A stretch of DNA of 64,000 nt. Origin: a virus (taxonomy: Duplodnaviria > Caudoviricetes). The notes under the pieces are model-generated. The model made no database searches, was not told the origin of the DNA, and saw only the letters and a program-made list of their open reading frames with translations. Of this stretch, positions 9,450-19,746 are shown one piece after another; position 1 is the stretch's first letter; each line of letters opens with the position of its first letter. Made by a program: the position numbers and the translations under genes. The DNA lies in the IMG/VR virus record IMGVR_UViG_3300037067_005614, positions 111 to 64,110 of that record. One strand, given 5' to 3'.

Positions 9450-12400
9450 AACTGAAATTGAACGCCTAGTAGTCCGCCTGGTTGGTGACGTTTCCAAATA
9501 CCAGAAGATGGTAGAGGAGGTGTCATCTTCTACTAGAGAATTCACTAAACTCGAACAGCGAATCAACCACTTAGAGGATTCTCTGAAGCGGAGTAATGAT
9601 GGTGTTGGCAATCTTAACAGTTCTCTTGCCCGAAGTGCTCAGGCTTCAGACATGGCTGGCATCAAGCTTACTGCCTTAGGATACAGTCTAAGTCAGATTG
9701 GCTCAACAATTAGGGGTTTAGGTGGCGGCCTTGGTACGGAGATGCTGAGGGCAGCTAAGGACTTTGAAAAGACCAGCATTTCAATGCGAGCTTTGGTTGG
9801 TAATGCAGAGGATGCCGACAGGCTGCTAAGAAACCTGACTGACTTTGCTGCGAAAACGCCCTTTGAGATGCCCACCCTGCTCGGTGCCACGAAGATGCTG
9901 ATGCAGTATGGCACTAAGGCAGATGAAATCCTGCCAATCCTAAAGAGCATCGGCGATGTTACCGGCGGGGTGGACGCTCAGAAGGTTATGCAGATGTCCT
10001 ACGCCTTTGGTCAGATGTCATCGTCTGGCCGATTGATGGGGCAGGACCTACTACAAATGATCAATGCGGGATTCAATCCTCTAAGCGAAATCGCTAAGAA
10101 GACAGGTAAGTCCGTAGCCACATTGAAGAAGGAGATGGAGTCTGGACGTATTACTGTTACGATGGTAAAAGAAGCATTTGCTAGCGCTAGCGGTAAACTC
10201 GATTTGATGAACAAGCAGTCCAAGTCTCTAGAGGGATTACAGTCAACTCTCAATGATAACATTGGTATCTTCAAGCGCAAACTTGGTGATGAGTTGGTGC
10301 CGGCAGCCAAGGCTTTTGTCGATTGGCAAGGGAGAATGACTGAAGGCTTTGACAACCTCAGCAAGTCTAGCAAAACAGCGATTGCCTATTCTGCTGGGGC
10401 AGTCGAAGTGTTTGGCATTGGAATGGAGAAGCTGTCTAGCGTAGCGATGACCCTCGCTGCAATAAAGCTCTCTGGCATGGGTACTGCCCTCTTAAGCATA
10501 GCTCCAGCCACTATTGCTGCCAGTAAGGCCACAGCAACGTGGCTAAACACCCTCCATAGCGTTGCAGGCACAACCCAGCTAATGACAGGCAGTGCTATTG
10601 CCTACGCAGTAGCCTGGCGGGTAGGGGTTTATGGGGCCATTACGGCCGTTACCTTATCTATCCTAGACGCGGCTTCTGCCCAGGACAAATTGAATGCCGC
10701 CTTTGCAGAGGGAGAATTGCTGTCCAGCAAGTTTAGGAAGTTTGAATCTCAACGTCATGAATTCTACATGCAGATGCCAGCTGGAGCAACTGAAATCCAG
10801 AAGAGGGAAGTCTACCAGAGAGAATCTGAGAGACTAGGTGGTAAAATAAAGGGCAGCCAAAAATCAGTCGGAGCCAAAGAATCCCGCTTGGCTAGGATGG
10901 AAGGGTCATTCGAGGAGGTTTGGTTTTGGAATGAAAAGAACATCAACCAGCTTAAGAATGAAATCAAGAATGACAGGGCAGAGTTAGAGCACCTGCAAGG
11001 CATGGCTGCGGAAGTGTCCAAGCTGCTGAATCCTACTCCAGAAGCTACGGCTGCTGGCGCTGAGATGATTAAACAGCTGGATTTACGGGAGGCTTCTCTT
11101 CGTAAGACAACCACTGAAACAAAAATGCTTGAGGCAGCTAACAAGGGTCTGTCAAAAGCTGAGATGGATATTGTTAGGAATAGAGAACCTCAGGTCTTGG
11201 CAGCTGAAATGATTGCCAAGTTAGAGGAAGAAGCAGAGCAGTATGGCCTGACTGAAAAAGAACTGGAGAAGTACAAACTGAGCTTGGCTGGATTGCCACC
11301 AGCTCTACGTCAAGCTGTAGATGCACATATCGACCTGAAGTACGCAGCCAAGGAATCAGGAAAGATTATTGCTGATATTGAATCCACCATCAAATCTCTT
11401 ACTGAGGAGATTGGGGTCCTGCGGGCTGGATCGAAAGAACAGTATTTGTTGAATCGCGGCTTGGAAGAGCATGCCTCGGCTTCCAGTTTAGATCTACTGA
11501 CCAGAAAAAGGCTGGAGAAGCAAATAGTTGAATCTGAAGCAAACGTACGTAAGGCAATTGAAACTCTTAACGAAGAGGCTGAATCCCTACGCGCCGGTGG
11601 TAAAGCCCAGGCTGAGTTGAATTATGCTATGGAGAACGGGACTGACGCCACTTTAGGATTTGCCTTAGCACAAGCAGAAGCCAATAAAAAATCAGCTGAA
11701 CTAGAAAGTAGTACACAAAAGGCTACCGAAGCCTTCAAAGAAGAGGCTCGGACGGAAAGCTACTTCATGAAGGATCGGGCAGCAGCCGTCGAACGATTGA
11801 CTATTGCTGAAAGAGAATTAGCCAGAGTAAGAAGCCAAGCCAACCAGAGCAAAGTAGAGGCTGCTAGGAAAGCCCTGGAAAACTTAGATAAAGCCAACGT
11901 CAAGAACTACAACCTAGCTAAGCAAGCAGAAAAAGCCAACCTCCCGGGGGCCAAGGAATTTGCCGCACAAGCTAAGATGAATGAAATGCGTGATAGAGAG
12001 CAGAAAGGACGAGAAGAGGCTTTGCGTTTGGCTGAGAAACTGCTCACCCCAGAGCAGAGATTTGCCAAAGCCCAAGAATTTGCTCGTGAGATGCTTGAGA
12101 AGAACATCTACACCTACGAGCAATACAAGAAGGCCATTGAAGAGGCCCGTGCTGAGAAAGCCAAGTTTGACGCTAGCGGAATCAAGCCCTCTCTGATGGG
12201 TAGTGCTGAGTCGATGTGGCGTTTGGCTGAGTACCAAACTGGCATAAGCCAAACCGCCTCCCGTGCCACTAAGGCTTCGGATAACTTCTTAATGATGTCG
12301 CCAGAAGAGTTAGCTAACCCCAAGAACCAGCAACGGTTGCGGGCTCTTCAGGCTAGACTCACTCCACAAGCCTCTAGAGCAGCCTGGCAACAGAACCAGC

Positions 12401-12600
12401 TGATTGAAGGGATTCGAGTCAATAACCAAGGTCGGGACGCTGAGGCAAGACAAGCCCGAGAATTCTTCGGGTCTGATATTGTCTCTAACGAATCCACTGA
12501 CATTCTCAAGGAGATTAGGGACTTGAACCAGAAGCAACTGAGTAAAGACCTTCTGGAAGGTATACAAATAACAAACGCTAGCAATGGGGGAGGCCTATAG
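9439..12600 (+). CDS. Tape measure protein
   Basis: 1053 aa, helical; FAAKTPFE...GQM.SSGRLMGQDLLQMINAGFNPL tape-measure domain. Confidence 0.92.
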   Translation: MASETEIERLVVRLVGDVSKYQKMVEEVSSSTREFTKLEQRINHLEDSLKRSNDGVGNLNSSLARSAQASDMAGIKLTALGYSLSQIGSTIRGLGGGLGTEMLRAAKDFEKTSISMRALVGNAEDADRLLRNLTDFAAKTPFEMPTLLGATKMLMQYGTKADEILPILKSIGDVTGGVDAQKVMQMSYAFGQMSSSGRLMGQDLLQMINAGFNPLSEIAKKTGKSVATLKKEMESGRITVTMVKEAFASASGKLDLMNKQSKSLEGLQSTLNDNIGIFKRKLGDELVPAAKAFVDWQGRMTEGFDNLSKSSKTAIAYSAGAVEVFGIGMEKLSSVAMTLAAIKLSGMGTALLSIAPATIAASKATATWLNTLHSVAGTTQLMTGSAIAYAVAWRVGVYGAITAVTLSILDAASAQDKLNAAFAEGELLSSKFRKFESQRHEFYMQMPAGATEIQKREVYQRESERLGGKIKGSQKSVGAKESRLARMEGSFEEVWFWNEKNINQLKNEIKNDRAELEHLQGMAAEVSKLLNPTPEATAAGAEMIKQLDLREASLRKTTTETKMLEAANKGLSKAEMDIVRNREPQVLAAEMIAKLEEEAEQYGLTEKELEKYKLSLAGLPPALRQAVDAHIDLKYAAKESGKIIADIESTIKSLTEEIGVLRAGSKEQYLLNRGLEEHASASSLDLLTRKRLEKQIVESEANVRKAIETLNEEAESLRAGGKAQAELNYAMENGTDATLGFALAQAEANKKSAELESSTQKATEAFKEEARTESYFMKDRAAAVERLTIAERELARVRSQANQSKVEAARKALENLDKANVKNYNLAKQAEKANLPGAKEFAAQAKMNEMRDREQKGREEALRLAEKLLTPEQRFAKAQEFAREMLEKNIYTYEQYKKAIEEARAEKAKFDASGIKPSLMGSAESMWRLAEYQTGISQTASRATKASDNFLMMSPEELANPKNQQRLRALQARLTPQASRAAWQQNQLIEGIRVNNQGRDAEARQAREFFGSDIVSNESTDILKEIRDLNQKQLSKDLLEGIQITNASNGGGL

Positions 12601-12601
12601 T

Positions 12602-13621
12602 ATGGCAGCCTCAGTACACGGCGGACCTAGGACTTGGAGCGGTGGCAGAGATGAAGAAGGCTACCGAGAATTCAAGGTCCAGCACCTAGTCAAAACCACT
12701 GATACTAATGACGGCCCCATGGCAGTAATGAGTGCTGCCGGGTTACCTGAAATAGGTTCTACATGGCAGTTTGGCAACGACAATGATCCTTGGGCTTTCT
12801 GTTACCCTTGGATTAGCATTGAACCTCATGAAGCTAAAGATGGAGAGAAGCACAAGTGGTGGATTGTTGATCAGAAGTTCTCTACAAAGCCACTACATCG
12901 TTGTCAAGACACTCCCATTGAAGATCCCCTACTAGAGCCCCAGAAGATAAGTGGTTCATTCGTTAAGTACTCCAGAGAAGCCTGGATTGATCGTAACGGT
13001 AACCTACTGAAGAACACAGCACATGAGCCCTTCCGTGGACCAGAGGTGGAGTTTGATTGCAATCGGCCTACTGTCAAAATAGAGCAGAACGTAGCTAGCC
13101 TAGGGCTAGAAACATTCTCGATGATGATTGACACCCTCAACGATGATACCCTATGGGGCTTGGCTAAGCGTTGTATCAAGCTGTCAAACGTGTCTTGGCA
13201 GCGACAGGTCTGGGGGTCTTGCGATTACTACTACACCAGAACCTTTGACTTTGATATTCGCTATGGCACCTTCGATGTGACCATTCCTGACGAAGGAACA
13301 AAGGTACTGAACGGTCGATGGGTGAAAGACACTACCAATTCTAACGTGTCAAAGTATGAAGTGTTGGCTCTCAAAGGCGGCGGAGTGCCCAGCTACCTTA
13401 ACCCTCAACATTTCATCCAATATGTGGACATGCAAGGGAATTTAGGCCGAGTATTTTTGAATGGTAAGGGGCTACCGGCCAACACAACGGCAGCAAGCTA
13501 CACGGCTTCTGCAACTGTACCAACTACAGGGACAGTAGCTTCAGGCAACATCTACCTACACAAGTTTGAGTTCTATGGCGAGAGCAACTTCCTGACTCTC
13601 GGCATTCCAACGCAATTATAG
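12602..13621 (+). CDS. Putative distal tail/tail-tip protein
   Basis: Immediately follows tape measure; ~340 aa. Confidence 0.5.
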   Translation: MAASVHGGPRTWSGGRDEEGYREFKVQHLVKTTDTNDGPMAVMSAAGLPEIGSTWQFGNDNDPWAFCYPWISIEPHEAKDGEKHKWWIVDQKFSTKPLHRCQDTPIEDPLLEPQKISGSFVKYSREAWIDRNGNLLKNTAHEPFRGPEVEFDCNRPTVKIEQNVASLGLETFSMMIDTLNDDTLWGLAKRCIKLSNVSWQRQVWGSCDYYYTRTFDFDIRYGTFDVTIPDEGTKVLNGRWVKDTTNSNVSKYEVLALKGGGVPSYLNPQHFIQYVDMQGNLGRVFLNGKGLPANTTAASYTASATVPTTGTVASGNIYLHKFEFYGESNFLTLGIPTQL

Positions 13622-13633
13622 TGAGTGACTAAC

Positions 13634-14056
13634 ATGGCCAACGAAGCCACTATCCGCTCCAGCTTGCAGATCCGTAAGGGTGAGATTGATTATCAAAGCC
13701 GGCCTACCTCTCACCACGAGGATGTGACAGGCACTAACGGCCCTTGCCCTGGTGCTGTTACGGCGACGGTAGCTGGAGTAAACGTGGACTTTAGTCCACT
13801 GGTTACTCCAGGATTGGTGACCATTCACAACTTAGACTCTACCAACTTTGTCGAATATGGGGCTTGGGACCCTGTCACCAGTACCTTCTTTCCTATTGGC
13901 GAAGTGCCAGCCGGTGCCGCCTACAGCTTCCGGCTGTCTCGTAACCTGGGGGAGTCCTATGGCACTGGGACAAGTACGACAGGGACTGGACATGCTTTGC
14001 GAGTCAAGGCCGATACGGCCAGCGTTAACGTCGTAATCGAAGCGTTTGAGGCATAA
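13634..14056 (+). CDS. Putative tail-associated structural protein
   Basis: Beta-rich ORF in the tail operon (IHNLDSTNFVEYG). Confidence 0.45.
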   Translation: MANEATIRSSLQIRKGEIDYQSRPTSHHEDVTGTNGPCPGAVTATVAGVNVDFSPLVTPGLVTIHNLDSTNFVEYGAWDPVTSTFFPIGEVPAGAAYSFRLSRNLGESYGTGTSTTGTGHALRVKADTASVNVVIEAFEA

Positions 14057-14089
14057 CGATCTACAGTCTTTAACTGGTAGGAGCGACCA

Positions 14090-14653
14090 GTGGAGCCACA
14101 AGAAAATACCGAATTCAATGAAGAGAATCCAACCAAGTCTGAGGCAACCCGAGAATCTCCACCTTCAATGGGACCGGTTGCTGACCCAGACGATTCTCAA
14201 GTCCAGCGGTTAATCAACCCGCCTATCCCTATTATCAACCCTAAGGACCGCCTGACGGTTGTTCAAAGCTTCTATCACAGCGTAGTAGGTGAGGAAGCTA
14301 CACGCGCTGATGGTGGGTTCTCCAGGTTTCTGAAGACGAGTGAGCAGTGCTATACGCGATGGCTCAAGGTTGCAGAAGAATGGATTCCTCTGGATACGGG
14401 GTGGGTCACCGAAGTGGGGTTGGTTGTCATTAAGAATGTGAACACTAAGTTCACGCAGCGACAACCTACTGAAGAGCAGAAAGCTGAAGCAGCGAAGAAG
14501 GTCTTGGAAGTATCCTACACTAAGGATTCCAATCGCAGCTTTCTAATTCCCCCAGGTGAGTGCTATCCATTCTACCCTAGTTCACCTGGTGAATTGTTCT
14601 TGCGTTGCCAGCACGGGCAAACGCGATTTGACCTGTGGGTTTACCCAGGCTAG
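14090..14653 (+). CDS. Hypothetical tail-region protein
   Basis: AGGAG RBS, 187 aa. Confidence 0.45.
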   Translation: MEPQENTEFNEENPTKSEATRESPPSMGPVADPDDSQVQRLINPPIPIINPKDRLTVVQSFYHSVVGEEATRADGGFSRFLKTSEQCYTRWLKVAEEWIPLDTGWVTEVGLVVIKNVNTKFTQRQPTEEQKAEAAKKVLEVSYTKDSNRSFLIPPGECYPFYPSSPGELFLRCQHGQTRFDLWVYPG

Positions 14654-14676
14654 TTTCTAGCGTAATCGAGGCTATT

Positions 14677-15459
14677 ATGCCTAAAGGCTACTTGATTTCT
14701 GAAGACGATTACAAAATCTTTCAGCAATTGATCGCTCGGGAGAAGGCCCGTACTCAGAATACCAGGAATCGTCCTAAACTTTGGCTGCCTGGACAAGACT
14801 ACTCATCTCCTGAGGTCTACATCACCAAACCTACTGAATCTATCAGTGCCTTATCCGGTGGTAACCCAGGCGAAGGTGAGTTAGAGGTTTATGAAATCCA
14901 AGAGAATAGCGGAGGCACTCCAGAATTATTCACCTCTGGCTGTGAAAATAAGATTGGCTACAACCTCTCCAGTTCTGCCTTATCAACCAATACCTACTAC
15001 ATCACAGTCAAAGACAAATTCGGCCGTCACTTCCCTATAGTCGGCGGTTCTATGGATGTTAGGGCTTTTGTATTACGTACTCCGTTGGATGCGGGTGGGT
15101 CCGCGGTTGCCCAACAACTTAGCTATAAGACGTTTGGTAATTGCACCAGTGAAGAATCAGGCACTGGGACATCCTCTGATGCTAAGGTTCTATGTTACAC
15201 CAAGGACAGTAATGGCAATGCTGTGTTCTTTATTGTGTATGATAGGCTTGGAGAGTTTTATGGGTGGGCTGACCCTCAGAGTGAAACCTATAGTTGCGGT
15301 ATCGCCTGGAAGCTTTCAGATACCCCAACTTTTGACGAACTTTGTTTACAGCCTTATGATCAACCATACGATGATGTGACTGAAGTTCTTGAAATTAACA
15401 GAATGTCATGTTCTAGCTTCCTTAACTGCCCTTGCCAAACTGCTGATTGCGGAGAATAG
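14677..15459 (+). CDS. Putative tail-tip protein with Cys-rich C-terminus
   Basis: ORF track; ends CSSFLNCPCQTADCGE. Confidence 0.45.
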   Translation: MPKGYLISEDDYKIFQQLIAREKARTQNTRNRPKLWLPGQDYSSPEVYITKPTESISALSGGNPGEGELEVYEIQENSGGTPELFTSGCENKIGYNLSSSALSTNTYYITVKDKFGRHFPIVGGSMDVRAFVLRTPLDAGGSAVAQQLSYKTFGNCTSEESGTGTSSDAKVLCYTKDSNGNAVFFIVYDRLGEFYGWADPQSETYSCGIAWKLSDTPTFDELCLQPYDQPYDDVTEVLEINRMSCSSFLNCPCQTADCGE

Positions 15460-15466
15460 ATAAGCC

Positions 15467-17035
15467 ATGAGCAATGGGACGGGTGGATGGTATTGCTGTT
15501 GTCCAGAAGGATGCTTTACATTCGTAGATGACTTTTGCCGTGATCCAGAGGCTTGTCCTCGTCTTGGACCACATTGGCATGTTGTGAGCCCGAGCGTTAG
15601 CGGAATACCAGAATGTGAGTATCCATATTGGCCTTGGTGGATCGACGTGGCCCAGTGTCCCGTCCCTCCCGGATTCCTTATGGAAGATGGGCATCCTGGG
15701 GCAATCATCATCAACACCGACAGAGTTCCAGCAGGCCCAAAAAACCGGAACAGCGGGTCGTTCTCCAAGTACATGAAAGCAGGATACACTGTCTACTACG
15801 ATCAAATTGGAGACAGTTACTCGTTGCTGCTGGATTTTCAACAGTGCAGGGACGGCGAGGGCTACGACTACTTTGAGTTCAAGTACACACGTGTGTCTGT
15901 TGGCGAAGCAACACTGCAATGGCTGGCGGTCATGGGTGGCACAACAACCGTACTGAAAACTTGCACGGTGACCGATGGACTGCAAGATGTTGGCACTCAC
16001 TTTGAAATTTACGGGTGTTACACCGGCGACATGCTTTATGGAGTGGTCCCGTGTGGCACGATCATCGTCGATCTATTGGACGTTGAAGGGTTCTCCGTTG
16101 GGGACATGGGAGGCTATGATTGCGACAAAGAGGCCGGATGGCACGCAGGGATCAAGCACGGAAACAGCCACCAGTGCTACTTCTCATACTGGTTCATCGA
16201 ACAGACGATCGACGACCGCGACGACTGCAACGGCTGCAACTGGTGCTTTTGTAACTTCAGCCCATTTTCTCAAGAGGAAGATCGCAACGTCGTCATACCG
16301 CCGAAGCTGCTCCTGACATTCACAGATGCAGGCGGTGCCTGTGCTGACTTGGACGGGGCGTCTATGTTGTTGACAGGCAAAGGCTGCTCGCCTGGGGAAT
16401 GGACTGGGTGGATATTGAACAACTGCCACGCATGCCTGTCGCCGTACCACGCGAATGATTACACCGAGGACTTCTGTTTGCAGGCCACTCTACAGTGCTC
16501 GGACGTATGCGAGCCGATTGACGAGGGCTACTACGAACGCGCCTTGCGCCTTTACTTGGCATACCATCAACCAACTCCGTACGGTGTTAGCGCCAGCCCT
16601 GGCCACGCGGTTATCAACTCTAGCTGCTATGCTTCTCCGTTTTACATTGGCCAGGGAGCTGCAACCTTTGTAGACAGCCCAGATATGATTGACGACTGCG
16701 TCTACGGGCTGCTTGGGCCGTACAACGGCCCTGGGCTGCTTAGGGTAAAGTTGGAGGAGTCGACATGCAGGCCCATTCTGTTCAAGTTCGCTTACGGAGG
16801 GACTTTGAACAATGTAGGGTGTTCAATCAACCAACAGACGGGAGAAGACTACACGGATACTTACTGCACGCAGAATGATGGCGAGGTTCCTTGCTGTTAC
16901 CCCGCGACGAAAACCATCTACTACGATGAAGACTTGTTCATATGGGTGTGCGAAGTCACCACGTCTGTGGCGTTTTCCATTTTAATCACCGAGGCACCAA
17001 AGGACTACATTGACCCGTGTCGAGAGTACGATTAA
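15467..17035 (+). CDS. Cys-rich acidic protein (putative tail-tip/receptor-binding)
   Basis: Begins WYCCCPEGC; Cys-rich throughout its 522 aa. Confidence 0.55.
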   Translation: MSNGTGGWYCCCPEGCFTFVDDFCRDPEACPRLGPHWHVVSPSVSGIPECEYPYWPWWIDVAQCPVPPGFLMEDGHPGAIIINTDRVPAGPKNRNSGSFSKYMKAGYTVYYDQIGDSYSLLLDFQQCRDGEGYDYFEFKYTRVSVGEATLQWLAVMGGTTTVLKTCTVTDGLQDVGTHFEIYGCYTGDMLYGVVPCGTIIVDLLDVEGFSVGDMGGYDCDKEAGWHAGIKHGNSHQCYFSYWFIEQTIDDRDDCNGCNWCFCNFSPFSQEEDRNVVIPPKLLLTFTDAGGACADLDGASMLLTGKGCSPGEWTGWILNNCHACLSPYHANDYTEDFCLQATLQCSDVCEPIDEGYYERALRLYLAYHQPTPYGVSASPGHAVINSSCYASPFYIGQGAATFVDSPDMIDDCVYGLLGPYNGPGLLRVKLEESTCRPILFKFAYGGTLNNVGCSINQQTGEDYTDTYCTQNDGEVPCCYPATKTIYYDEDLFIWVCEVTTSVAFSILITEAPKDYIDPCREYD

Positions 17036-17044
17036 TCCACAACA

Positions 17045-17437
17045 TCAAGGCAGATCGGTCCGGTATAGCCAGAAACGCTGCCGAAGTTTATGTAGACGAT
17101 TCTGGACCTTGGAGCAGTTTATGGAATCATCCAACCCTTTCTTAGATTCCGACAGGATAGGTCTTTCGATGTCTGAGTACAGACCAGACAACGCTGCTTC
17201 TAGTCTCGCGTCATGCGAACGGGAAACCACAGCAAGACGCTCAACGACTTCACGCAACTGCTTGACAACCCCGCTGCGTTTCGCCGTCGATACATCAAGA
17301 GCCATGTAGATAGTGAGCCCTTCTAATTCGTTAAACAACCCGACCAGTTCCGCCTTATCATCTTTCATGCCGGGGGCTGTGACTCTGCTTGGCTGCATGG
17401 CAGGACTGATCCACAGCAATATCGCTAGCAATAGCAT
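17045..17437 (-). CDS. Lone antisense hypothetical protein with N-terminal hydrophobic segment
   Basis: Fills the 440-bp gap between + strand genes; the + frames look like shadow ORFs. Start uncertain. Confidence 0.35.
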   Translation of the reverse strand: MLLLAILLWISPAMQPSRVTAPGMKDDKAELVGLFNELEGLTIYMALDVSTAKRSGVVKQLREVVERLAVVSRSHDARLEAALSGLYSDIERPILSESKKGLDDSINCSKVQNRLHKLRQRFWLYRTDLP

Positions 17438-17473
17438 AACTAAGATCAACAGAACACCAAGGACGTTGGGCCA

Positions 17474-18508
17474 ATGCGAATAGGTACGATCTGCCTGTCC
17501 ACGCTTTCCGGGACTATTCCCAGGGACTTCCACAGAAACGGAATCATCACCGACGTGTTGGTGGTGAGCAAACCAGGAGACTTTTCTAAGAGCTGGTATC
17601 CAGGATCGTCTCTTGCTACTGCAAACAACATCCAGAAGATGCTTGACGAGGTGGATGCCGTTCTGCTGTTTGAAGGAGTCATGAACCACGATCTTGTCGT
17701 TGGCGCGCATGATAGGAACCTCCCCATTGCTTACATGCCGATATACGGCTGGTCTAATCCAAACCTCTTAATCCACGCAGACCTCTTTCTGTGTCCTTCT
17801 CCAGTTGAGTATGCCCAGTATAGCAGCACAACCACACGGACTGTGCAAGTAACCGTACCTGTCTCTCAAATGTGGCGACTCAGAAACAACGCCCGATCAT
17901 TCGTACACAACGCAGGATCGCAGACCAGAAGCGGGACGCCTGAGATCCTCCAGTCAATGCAGTTTGTCAAAAGCCCAATCGCCCTGACCATCTTCGGGCG
18001 ACCTACCGTCCAGACCGGCAAGTACGACGACAACAAGCCGATTTTGTCGCAGAGCATCATCGCCAAGTTGGCAGAGTCTTTTACCACGGATAATCGCGTT
18101 ACGTTCGTGCTCAATGAACCAGAGCCCGAGAATTTCAGCCTGTACGACCGAGGGGACGTGTTCCTCCAGCTTCCAAAATTCGGCGGGTTATCTCTTCCGT
18201 TGCAGGAGGCTTTCTCCAGCGGGATGCTAGTGCTCACCACCGATCGGAAGCCGTTCACCGACTGGTTGCCGAATAGACCCATGGTATCCACCAACGGCTC
18301 AACGCACGGCCAAGGTGCAGTAGCACTCACGCAAGACGTGCTTGACCCAGCGGGAATTGCCACTGCCATAGATGCTTGGTATGAACGCGACATCGACGCG
18401 TTTTCGCTCGCGGGGCAGCAATGGGCAGAAGAAAACAGTTGGACAGTATGGAAGCCGCGATACATAGAGATTTTGGACGACCTCATTAGACGCCATCGCA
18501 GAAGGTGA
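17474..18508 (+). CDS. GT-B (GT4-like) glycosyltransferase
   Basis: GDVFLQLPKFGGLSLPLQEAFSSGMLVL resembles the GT4 D.F..PS..EG..L...EA...G motif. Confidence 0.75.
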   Translation: MRIGTICLSTLSGTIPRDFHRNGIITDVLVVSKPGDFSKSWYPGSSLATANNIQKMLDEVDAVLLFEGVMNHDLVVGAHDRNLPIAYMPIYGWSNPNLLIHADLFLCPSPVEYAQYSSTTTRTVQVTVPVSQMWRLRNNARSFVHNAGSQTRSGTPEILQSMQFVKSPIALTIFGRPTVQTGKYDDNKPILSQSIIAKLAESFTTDNRVTFVLNEPEPENFSLYDRGDVFLQLPKFGGLSLPLQEAFSSGMLVLTTDRKPFTDWLPNRPMVSTNGSTHGQGAVALTQDVLDPAGIATAIDAWYERDIDAFSLAGQQWAEENSWTVWKPRYIEILDDLIRRHRRR

Positions 18509-18514
18509 GACACT

Positions 18515-19003
18515 ATGCCTCCAGTCGACCTAAGCCGCTATCCCAACCTTCAGAAGTTGGTCAACACAAATCCCCGTTATCGACAGGCTTGGTTGGAAGA
18601 CAGGTTTCCACTCAAGTCTATCGCTGAGAGGTTGCCTGTCGTTGCCTCTAGTGCAAGCCCCCCTATCCCAAAGGCTGCCCAAGCCAATAAAGGGGGGGCG
18701 GGCACTGAGTTAAGCAAGTTGCTAGCCAAGTGGCATATCAAGGCTCATGCAGGGTGTAAGTGCAAGTCTCGTGCCTTGGAGATGGACCGTCGTGGCATCG
18801 AGTGGTGCGATAAGAATATTGAGTTGATTGTAGATTGGCTAGAGGAAGAAGCAACAAAGCGTCACCTACCTTTTGTAAGATCGCTTGGTAAATCATTAGT
18901 CAACAAAGCAATCCGCAACGCCAAGACTACGGCTAAGCAGGCGATACCCAATGACCCAATACGCCAGCTAGCCAATACCTTCGAGATGCGTCCTGCGACC
19001 TAA
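18515..19003 (+). CDS. Hypothetical protein (GTEL...CxC...MD..G..WC motif)
   Basis: 162-aa ORF tightly packed in the operon. Confidence 0.5.
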   Translation: MPPVDLSRYPNLQKLVNTNPRYRQAWLEDRFPLKSIAERLPVVASSASPPIPKAAQANKGGAGTELSKLLAKWHIKAHAGCKCKSRALEMDRRGIEWCDKNIELIVDWLEEEATKRHLPFVRSLGKSLVNKAIRNAKTTAKQAIPNDPIRQLANTFEMRPAT

Positions 19004-19045
19004 CATTATCTGTTACGGCAACAAAACCTAACCTAATTATATTCT

Positions 19046-19732
19046 ATGGAATGGGCTTACGGCATAACCACAGTACCCACCAGGCGGGACTCGTTGCTAG
19101 TCAAGACAGTTGCCTCGCTAGCCAAGGCAGGTTTCGAGTGTCCAAGGTTATTCGTAGATGGGGTTGAGAACAACACCGGTTACGAAAGATTTGACTTGGA
19201 AATAACAACCAGGTCACCAAGTATTCGCACCTTCGGCAATTGGATTTTGGGCCTAGCTGAGTTGTATATTCGTAATCCAATTGCTGACCGCTATGCCATG
19301 TTTCAGGATGACTTCGTGACCTATCGCAACCTCAGGCAATACTTGGAGCAATTGCCTTACCCAGAGCGCGGTTATTGTAACCTATACACCTTCCCTCGCA
19401 ACCAAGCCTTATGCAAAAGTGGAGTTGGCTGGTACTTGTCAGACCAGTTGGGCAAAGGTGCAGTTGCTTTAGTATTCAGCCATGAAGCAGTAATGACCTT
19501 ACTGTGCCATGAACATATTGTCAAGAGACCACAAGATTCACAGCGGGGTTGGAGAGCAATTGATGGCGGGATTGTTACTGCCTTCAAGAAAGCAGGGTGG
19601 AAAGAATACGTCCACAATCCTAGTCTGGTCCAACACACTGGTATTTTCAGTTCGATGGGCAATGCCAAGCAAGCGCAGGCAATGAGTTTCCGTGGTGAGA
19701 GCTTTGATGCTCTTACTCTTTTGGGTAAATAG
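19046..19732 (+). CDS. GT-A-like glycosyltransferase
   Basis: MFQDD (DxD-like) and PSLVQHTG..S motif typical of GT25-like enzymes. Confidence 0.65.
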   Translation: MEWAYGITTVPTRRDSLLVKTVASLAKAGFECPRLFVDGVENNTGYERFDLEITTRSPSIRTFGNWILGLAELYIRNPIADRYAMFQDDFVTYRNLRQYLEQLPYPERGYCNLYTFPRNQALCKSGVGWYLSDQLGKGAVALVFSHEAVMTLLCHEHIVKRPQDSQRGWRAIDGGIVTAFKKAGWKEYVHNPSLVQHTGIFSSMGNAKQAQAMSFRGESFDALTLLGK

Positions 19733-19746
19733 CAAAGGGCAGGTCA

